From positions 115,072,001 to 115,136,000 of the forward strand of contig OZ024741.1 in NCBI GenBank assembly GCA_964016885.1: a stretch of 64,000 bases of DNA, read 5' to 3'. Both the position numbers and the translations under genes were made by a program. A model generated the notes under the pieces. That model had not been told where the DNA came from, did not search any database, and was given only the letters and a program-made list of their open reading frames with translations. The stretch's first letter is position 1; each line of letters starts with the position of its first letter. The stretch comes from Eledone cirrhosa (lineage: Eukaryota). Shown piece after piece: positions 54,344 through 64,000 of the stretch.

Positions 54344-54884
54344 CTGAGGGTCATGGTGGCAGAGTCCTCAAGCGAGACTAACCGAGCTTATGAATGTTAT
54401 CCAACCATCTTGCTATCTATAAGTCGATATTTCAAATGTTACACACCAGTAACGAGTACTAATGAGAGAAACCTGAATTCGAAAAGGGTGTAAAAAATGG
54501 GGTTTGAAAATTAACCCCCAGAAATGTGCAATAAAGTCGTAAGATCCTAATCTAGTACTAAAAGTCACAGAATTCAAGTTCTTTGGGAGTATGGTGTAAG
54601 ACTGCGGATCAAACGTCCTACAGTGAATACCCTTGGTATCGCAAGCGCTCTGCAGACATAGAACTCCAGTATGGCCATCTAGAAATGTTGTGAGAGGAAG
54701 AAAAGTTCGTCACTACAAAATACTAATCCTGCCGATAATCATATATGATTAAAAAAATTGCACTACAAAAGGTGACGTGATGCGTTCACTATGAAATGCC
54801 TAAGAGTAATCCTTGGCGCAATGTCTGTACACATGATGAGCAATGCACATGTACGTACAAGACTGAATGTACCTGTTGTAACTA

Positions 54885-54992
<108 letters not shown>

Positions 54993-56659
54993 AATAGTAG
55001 CACTTACATAACGTGGTTCATAATAGGCGTGTATATGAAAGCGTATATGATATGTGTATGCTTAATAAAATACAAGTGTTTCGTTATGAATACTTTAAGC
55101 TGTGATAATTTCACAGCTATTTCAGTAGCCTGTGAGAATATAAGGCACGTGTTTCTGGAATTTTAACCGTCATCGATGACATTTAGTTACTCGATACTGA
55201 GACGAGCATAAACTAGAGCTTTACGTATGAAATATCGGCTTAAGACGCTTATATTTATTAAACATGGTTATTATTGCATAAACACGTGTTACATTGTTTG
55301 TGCACACTGTGGATTGGCCATACCAGTAGAGCGTCGAACAAAATACTTTTGGGCATACATTTACAGCCCTTTACATACAGAGTTCCAATCCAGTCGATGT
55401 TAGCTTTGCTTTTCATCTCTACGGGGTGAAAGTAACAGGAACGCTCTGAAGTCAATTTAATCGACTTACCCCTTTCCCAAAGTTGTTGGCCTTGGGTCTA
55501 AATCAGAAAGAATTATTATATAAAAACATGGTATATGCTTTCATATACACACTACCTACCTACCTGCCTATCTACTTACATACCTACCTGCCTACATGTT
55601 CACCTACTTAGCTATCTACCTATCTACCTACCTACCTACCTATCTGCTCTCCTAACCAACCTTTCTCTCTATCTATCAGTTATGAAATAAATAAAGAAAG
55701 ATATCTATCTATTATCACTATCTTTCTTTTTTTTTTTCCTCTTTATAGAAATCATTTCGAAGAGAGAGTATCAAAATTTAAAAGCTCAATTGTGTACACA
55801 CACAAACACACATACATATACATACACCCATTGAGACAAAAAAAACGCACACTCACATAGACACACACACGTACACTTGTTCACATTCGATCCCTAGCAA
55901 CTCTCAGTATTCTGCCACTTTTAACATATAGAATGTTTTCCCTTTATGCGCACACCACTACAGATTTATGCACAGGATGAAGTGAGAAACTCCGGCGTTT
56001 AACTTCTTTTACACAAGGCCGTCGTGTGAAGCGCAGGGGAAGTGAGAAAGAAATTGAACGGATGAATATGAAATTGTGTGGCTAATATATAAAGCAAATT
56101 CACCGCAGTCTTATGAAAATCCAATGCTCTTTGAACGTCTTGCTACAATTATCAATAATCTTATTATAATTTTTGGTGTTTCGTCCATTCGTTCATACGC
56201 TACGCTTTAGTCACATACACGCACATCTACACATAAATATATAAACAGACAACAGTGCAAACACACACACACACACACACGCACACACACATAGAATCAT
56301 GTATTCACACATTCATAAATAGATACATTATAAAAAATAATTATTACATACGCACACATCCATGAAATGATTGGGGAAGGAAGGCGCAGGTGAACGCTAT
56401 AGCGATGAGCGTTCCAATATTAGCTACACTTGTGTGAATGTATGTGCAATGAATAGTGTGTATGTATGTGTAGAGCTGTGAGGAAATGAATGAAGAATAG
56501 AGGCAAATCGTTTTAGAGTAAGGTAGAGACCAAAACAACAGGAGAGAAGAGATAATATACAACAAGACGAACGTCTCCTAAATGATCCTCTTAATTTTTC
56601 CGACCATGGAATTTCCACAGGTCCTGCTAGTAATTATTAATTGACGCATTTCTCAATGC

Positions 56660-57120
56660 GGTAATCAGAAGAGAGGTACGCATAAAAGCCAAACTCGCTA
56701 CCTCCAAGTCGGTATTCGTGCCAAGCCTTACATATGGTCATGAACTCGGGTAATGACCGAAAGTATACAATCACGAATACATGTGACTTAAATGAGGTTC
56801 CTCGGAAGGGTTTTTGGAATAACGTTACTCGATAGAGTATGTAGCTCAGAGTCAGTGAATCACTCCTAGTAGAGCCGCTACTTTTCTTAATTGAGAGATC
56901 ACAGCTTCGATATTATGGATATGTGGTTAGAATGACTCAGGAAAAAAAAATCGCTGGACAGATTTTAAGGGCAAAACCAACCGACAGACGACTTACGGGT
57001 AGAGCAGCCCGTGTAGCAGCCGGATGATTTGCAGATCGTTGCTTCTGACAGGACCCAATGGACGGAATGTTTGACGACTCTGCCCCCACGACCCTCTCAG
57101 GAATAATTGGACGAAGAAGA
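56660..57120 (+). pseudogene. RTE-clade LINE 3' fragment
   Basis: KAKLA..SVFVPSLTYGHE..MRFLGRVFGITLLDRV..IERSQLRYYGYVVRM; GAAGAAGA tail. Confidence 0.8.
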
Positions 57121-57723
57121 AATTAATTCCCGCCGGGGTTAGCTTTAACTTTCATCCTTACAGAGTCGTCAAATCAACACCAGTAAAGCACTGGAGGCAA
57201 TTTAATCGACTTCTCTTCCCCACAATTTTGTTGGTCATTCGCCTAAATCAGAATCATTCATTGAACTTAATCTAAATTGCTGTGCTTTATGGATACACTT
57301 TGTATCTTATAGCATAATGAAATAAATCTTTATCCATGTTCCGGCATCCAATCGGCTCATATTTATCTGGAACCATGTTTCATATTGTTTAATGAAGGTA
57401 AGTTCGCAGCTAATGAAAGTTAGCTTTGAAAGATTGAACAATTGTTTGTTTTTATCTATATACAGTTAGCCATCATCACATTAGAAATAAGAACGAGAAC
57501 ATGTTTGAATGATAATCTTAACTAGATTTATATTATCTTATTAAGAGATTAAATTCTTGATAGAAAGCACGTAGGCGCGATACAAAAGAACACAATATAT
57601 TCGATTAGAAGAGAAAGGTACAGATTTTCTTGTATTTACGATGTGGCCCAAATTTAGCAGGCAACCTATCCAACAATAGATTAATAATATTATTAATTTA
57701 AATAATGGTGGATTGAAATCATT

Positions 57724-58108
57724 TTTTCTACCTTTGGCACAAGGCCAGCAATTAACCAGTGTATTACTGGTACTTTATTTTATCGACCCCGTAAGGGTGA
57801 AAGTCAAAGTTAACCTCGGCGGGATTTGAACTCAGACTATAAAGGGCCGTAACTCTTTGCTGCAAAGCATCGCGTCCGACCCTCTACCGATACTGCCAAT
57901 CCACCGCGTGGATTGAAATAATGGTGGATTGGCAGTATCGGTAGAGGGTCGGACGCCATGCTTTGCAGCAAAGAATTACGGCCCTTTATGGTCTGAGTTC
58001 AAATTCCGCCGAGGTTAACTTTGCCTTTCATCCTTACAGGGTCGATAAAATAAAGTACCAGTAATACACTGGGTAATTGCTGGCCTTGTGCCAAAAGTAG
58101 AAACAATT
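57724..58108. mobile_element. Head-to-head pair of full-length CORE-type SINEs
   Basis: 57724-57907 (-) and 57922-58108 (+); separate TSD-like flanks GTGGATTGAAAT and ATTGAAATAAT. Confidence 0.9.
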
Positions 58109-59089
58109 ATTAATTGAAATAATATTAGTAACTAAAATAACGACTGGACAGTTTTATTTGAATTTTAATAATATTGTTTTATGTTTGCCTTAAAGTAATA
58201 AGAGCAGGAAATACATTTTCTGTTAATGCAAATTAAAATTAAAATATATAGAAAAGTAAGGTAAAAATATTAAGAACACAAAGGTCATGGGAACCAGCAT
58301 TCTTGAAAACATTCAGCATAGAATTCGACCGAAGGACATAAAACTTCGTTAGTTGAAACATTTTATATGTTACGTACAATTGATACATCGTGTTTCGAAA
58401 TTTAAATACAATGGTATGATAAGTTTTTTTTACCATTAGGCCTAACTACGATTAGAGAAGAGACTTGCCAAGAGGACAAAATTGTAATTACCAGAAATGC
58501 CACAAGTGAATCGGAAGACCTAGTCATATCAAAATAACAATGTATAAGAATATGAAAATAGGCGCAGGAATGGTTGTGTGGTTAAGAAGCACAAGTGTCT
58601 TTCTACTTATAGCTTCTGGTGGACTTATGTGAGTGTAATTTCGTATATGGATATGATGCGAATGCACGGCGTATATACATATATGTATGTATATACGTAT
58701 ATATGTATATGTATGTGTGTCTGTGTTTATGTATACGATTACTGTTTGTTTATGTTTCGTAACGTAGCTGTCCAACAAAGATATGTCGATTTGAAAAAAA
58801 AAAAAGAACCTGGGATTGAAATAATCGACTAAAACCACTTAAATAAATAAAATAAAATAAAAGGATACTTTTTACTGGATTCTCTCACCATATTGGGGGT
58901 ATTTTTGAAGAATTTTGTCCGCGCCTCATTCTAACTCCGGTCGGATTAGAATGAGGGAACGGCAAAATACTATAGGGCATCACAATTGTTTGTAATGCGA
59001 CGGGAACTGCGACGATACTTTATCCTGTAGCAGCCTGATGAACTCAACTCAGATCCAGGTTTCGTAACCTTGGGTTAGTCTATGATTTG

Positions 59090-59700
59090 CCTTATACTGT
59101 AGCATTTGTATCTATGCTTATCCTTGTGCTGGAATAAGGTATTCATAATAGAAGGCCTATTTCTAGAACAGAAATCTAATAAGGCCTCCATGTTCACGTT
59201 TGGACTGGTGACGCTGCTCTTTCCAATTCCTCATTTTCATGTTAGGTCATTAGTTCCAACATATGCATTGAAATCTATCCAGTAGGATATATGACTCAGT
59301 CTTTAGGATGGATCGACATTCGGACTCTCTTTTTGGCGAATAATCGTGCACCATCGTAGAGGCCTTTCTGTCAGCCTAAGTTTGAAGAGCCAACCACCCA
59401 CCCAATGGGATCCATTCTATAACGCTTTCCGATAGCCGGGGATCTGTTAATAATTCCACTCCCACCTGTGCAGTCAATTCTGGCATCACACCTGAATAGT
59501 GGAGTTTCCATTCTCTATCCAAATCTCCGGTACCATAGCGTTGGAACTTTGTTGAGAAACTCCGACTTTATCTAACCGGTATCATCTGGCCTCCTCCACT
59601 AGTCCATAGTCCTTACCTAAAAGGGTTGTCATGTTTCAGTTATCAATTGTTAATGTTTCAACTCTTCAGGACCTACTTTAGGGTCTCGGGATACATAACC
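59090..59700 (-). pseudogene. RTE-clade LINE APE endonuclease fragment
   Basis: WKLHYSGV..AQVGVELL..VIEWIP..DFNAYVG..LLDFC..IMNTLFQHKDKHRY. Confidence 0.8.
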
Positions 59701-61801
59701 TTTGTGCGTCCATCTCAAAATTCCCAGGACAGGTCGCAGGCGCATCATCAGCCTTTTCTGCATTACATGGAAACTACAATGTATTTTTCAAACGGGCCCC
59801 TCTAATTAAGTTCCTTGCTACCTGGTACGAAGGGTGATGCGGTATGATTGCTTTCTTTGAATCTGACCATACTGCCATTTTTGGTGGTCGTATTTGCACC
59901 GGTCACCAATTTAGTAATTTTCTTAGACCCGTGATGACTAGACTTTTGTGAGACGGCCTTTACTCGCCTCTAGGTACAAAACCCACCGACGTCAACTTTT
60001 CTTTTCATCTTTTCGAGGTCGATATGATTAGTTCCTCTGGATGAATAGGCAATTCTGGGTCAAACACCGATAAGCTACAATCGGTAACATCGTTAGCTTT
60101 CAAGATAACCTTCGTAATCCAACGACGTACCTGCACCTATAAATAACAAATGTAACATGATTTTGATCTCGAGTAACCACGTTCCACAATTGAACTTCTA
60201 CATTCACCGATATAGATCAGCTCTAGAAATGAAATGTTTTTAATAAAAATTAGCTTATCTTTTTCAATGTAATAGAAATTGTTTCGAAATATAATTAATT
60301 AATCAATCGATATTAGTGAAATTATAACACATGAAATTTAGATCATACGTTATGAATATCAAATGATGGCAACTTCGATCAAGAGTAATGACTTTATAAT
60401 TATACCTGTACATTTACCGATATCGATCATGATTAAGAAAAAAAAAAGAAAACTTAATTTTGTTTATTTTATTATATAATAGATTCCAAAATATATTATA
60501 TATTTCATTCTCTGCCATAGACTTTTTACTTGTATCAAGTAGTATAAGCGGCGAATTTTCAGAGTCGTTAGAACGTCGAATTAAACGTTTCGCTGTATTC
60601 ATTCTGGCTTTCTGTGCTCTGATTTTCAAATCCGCCGTGGTCAACTAACCTTTCATAATTTCGAGGTTGATAAAAAAAAGTACCACTCCAGTACTTGAGT
60701 CGATTCTTCTTCTATATCTCTTTCTCAATTCCTCTCGTACTCTTTTTCCTTCGTTGGATGAAATCTGCTATGTTCGGACCTGGATAAGGATGGGCTCAGC
60801 CGGGCTTTAAAGAATGCGCCCAAACGCTTCCCTACGACACCATCGGGAGTTACGAATTTTTATATACATGACAATATCACGGAATATTACGTACTTTCAA
60901 CCGTGATAAACAATTTAGTATATGGCAGAAATAAGGTATATTTGTAAGGAACCTATAACCAAATTCATTTAATAAATAATGGGAAAAATAGAAGGATAAA
61001 AATCTGGAAGGATGAAAGTCAAAGTTAACATTAGCAGGATTTGAATTCAGAATGAAAAGAGCCGGAATATATAATCTAAGGCATTTTGTACATCATGTGT
61101 ATGAAGATAGAGATTTACTAGTTTTCATAATCGTACTAGTTAATATATCCACTCTGAAAATTGTAGTTTGAGAAACGTAAATTATCTTGTCTTAAAGAAA
61201 TGGAAACTAATTCGAAATTTAATTGCCAATCAATACCGCAGCTATTATGAAAGACCACACTATCCTTTGTAGGTAATATAAGATGTAGGAAATATGAAAA
61301 ACAAAGCAAAACAAAACTGAATAATATTAAAATAAAACTGAAGTTCAGGTCTTTTGTTTTCAAACAAAATTCTATTCACCTTATCCGATTGTTCGTTTGA
61401 AACGGAAAGTAATGGTTGAGAGATAATTCTTCAACTTTATCAAAGACAGGCTAAAAGACTAAGTTTGATGTTGATTAATGGTTTAACGTACAGAGGGGTC
61501 AGTAATTCTGGGACGAGGATGTGGCAGCACTGTTCTAGTTGCCAGAGCACTTATAATTTATTATATTCTGTAACATTATTTTCTCATTAATACATTTAAT
61601 TATTTGTCCATTTACATAATACAAAAAAAAAGAAGCAACTGTTTGACGATATTGATTGTGGGTTCCTCTTTCAATGCGCATATGGACCCGTTAGTCCAAA
61701 TGGTCGTAGGGGCACCGTACTAACATACGGCGTGCCTTGGGAATTTATAACCTGGTGGAGCCCATCCTTGTCCATGTCAGAACACATGATTTCTTCCTGA
61801 G

Positions 61802-61876
<75 letters not shown>

Positions 61877-62435
61877 GAGAGAGAGAGAGTGTTTAAGTGA
61901 GAAAGAGATATAGAAAATCGACCCCAGTACTGTACCGGTATTTTCTCATCGCCCTCGGAGCGCAGTGAACCGGAATTAAAACTATAATCGACTTTCTAAC
62001 AACTCACAAAATTTGCCACCTTTCTGTAAAAAAAAGCATTTATCTCGAATAAAGCCTTCTGAGATTTTCATTTAGAAGCAATGATTTTAAACCTCAGACA
62101 TAACGCATTTTTTTTTTGTTTTTCATGTCCATCCAATTTCTTTGTTTCAAAATAACTGATAGTTTGGTTACGCTGATGTTTTTCTCTGAGACAAGTGTTG
62201 CAGTGTTTACATTTTCGATTTTTGTTAATAGATTACCAGTGCAGTTTTTATCCCCAGCATCATCTTTTGTTTTAACATTCGGGTTATGGTTATGTTTTCT
62301 TAGCTTCATAAGGCATACTGTTGGTTGAGGGAAATATTAATAAAAAGTACCACATGAAAGTCTACACTGTAGACTCTACAGTTTTTAAGCCAAGAAAGGA
62401 ACTTAACATTGTATTTTTAACACAGCTACTGAGCA

Positions 62436-62465
62436 GCCCCGAGCAACGCCGGGCTTTACTGCTAG
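62436..62465 (+). mobile_element. Helitron 3' terminus
   Basis: GCCCCGAGCAACGCCGGGC hairpin followed by CTAG^T; 5' end not located. Confidence 0.65.
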
Positions 62466-63454
62466 TTAGCTTTAAATTTTCTGTTTCATTTCACCAATTT
62501 GAGAGTAATTTTCGTTGATGTTCATGAGATTTATCTGATCTTTACACCAGTCATTTCTAGCGATTAACAATTACTCGCTGCACATTATAATCAATATAGT
62601 ATCCTACACTTAACTATCGAGCTTTGTAAATGAAATTATTTATTTCATCGGGACGTTTAATGAAAAATATGTAATCATGAAAAATCTCCTTGTTTTTAAA
62701 ACTCATACTTTAACTGAAAATGTTTCTTTAAATAGAAGAGTTTTGTTGTATGCTTGAAACCTTGTGGATTATACTTAATGCATTCCTAAATTCGTTAGCG
62801 ACCGTTCCTAAATAACTCCTTTTAAAACATTATTTTATACGCTGTTCTTGAAAATGTAATGCTTGAAAATTTATATACTGTTCTTGAAAATTTAATGACG
62901 CCAGTGACATTCCATATTATTATAACAAATATAGTGTGCAGCTCATGTAAAATGATTAAAAAACAAACAACAGCATAAAGTAGGAAAACGTATCAACTGA
63001 AAAGAAAACTACATTCTAGAGGAGTACTTGTTTATGACATAAGTCGTAAATTATGGATACTTAATAACACAATTAATAACAATGAATGCAACGGTGTAGT
63101 TTTGTTTGAAATATTTGTAATAACACTCTCATAGTCATCGTTTGTGCAGAGACATTAAAACGTAGGACTGAATGCTTTACAATATACGTTGCGGCTCTAT
63201 GCGTCTTCTGAGTTCATAAACTCGCCATGGTTAACTTTGAATTTTATGATTTCTAATTCGCTTAAAAATGTACCAGTTCAGTATTGGATGGAATCTTCCT
63301 CTATATCTTGTTCTCATTTCCTCTCTCTGCCCACTCTCCTTCTCTGGAAAAACCGGATGTGATCAGACCTGGAGAGAGGATGGGCTCAAAAAAGTTTAAA
63401 ACATGACACTATCATGTTATATTAAGTACTTTCAACCGCAATAAACATATTTGT

Positions 63455-64000
63455 AAGGAACCTAATGTTGAATGGTTCCGAAATGGAACCATTCTCTCTC
63501 ACCACAAAGCAGATGTCTCTGTGCATTGCGGTGATCCAGCCCCTGAAAACGGGCCTGAAGCCGGCTGCCTTGGCGACAGCCTCCAGATATCGATGGTCAG
63601 TCCTATCGAAAGCTTTCGATTGATCTAAATTAATCTGGGCTCCATCCGTGATAGGTTCCTTAGCTACCTTCTCCATGATGTATCGCATGAGCTGAAGGTT
63701 GTCGTGGATGGAACTGTTTGAGATGGCACATGCCTGCGCCTCCCCCACTAGACTACTGACGACAAAAACCAAACTAAATCTTAAATTATCGATATTGTTC
63801 TCCTTGTTTGGTGCTTTTCTCAGCAGCGCCACTTTTCCACGGCTTACAGAACTGAGAATTCTAGTATCTAGCTGCCAGTTGCAGTAGACGTCTGCCAAGA
63901 GGTCATCGAGCAAGTCTGGCATATAAACATAAAGCTCGTAGGGTAGACCATCCAATCCAGGCGATTTGTTCCTCGTGCATACAGTCATCGCCTCTCGTAT
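63455..64000 (-). pseudogene. L1/Tx1-like RT fragment, same family as 15073-19155, running off the window edge
   Basis: KSPGLDGLPYELY..GEAQACAI..LDQSKAFDRTDH. Confidence 0.9.

Noticed and set aside
59030-59090. CTGATGA followed by a hairpin
   Set aside because: No GAAA, stem III or cleavage triplet in register
59650-59760. CTGATGA and CTGAAGA on the minus strand
   Set aside because: Stem I cannot form; one has CAAA for GAAA and the other has no stem II

Overview
AT-rich eukaryotic, repeat-saturated window with no host gene I can support. The (TA)n/(CA)n density and the tRNA/CORE-type SINEs suggest an octopod cephalopod (inference). It contains two Penelope-like retroelements (PLEs) plus three PLE GIY-YIG fragments, a decayed L1/Tx1-like LINE and a second fragment, RTE and RLE-type LINE fragments, two hAT-type transposon remnants, a mariner-derived MITE, Helitron-like ends and many SINEs. 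The main unannotated signal is about 30 type I hammerhead ribozyme (HHR) motifs, counted by eye, from roughly ten unrelated sequence families. They include a near-perfect 310-bp tandem array with 11 minimal HHRs (retrozyme-like) and several cores with a compensatory U3-A8 pair. Most HHR elements share one architecture with the autonomous PLEs: two arms pointing outward from an internal inversion, ending at (TA)n or AT-rich DNA. The largest PLE has a candidate -1 ribosomal frameshift (T TTT TTA) joining an upstream ORF to the RT/GIY-YIG ORF. All coordinates and folds were read manually; boundaries are approximate and no ribozyme activity is demonstrated.
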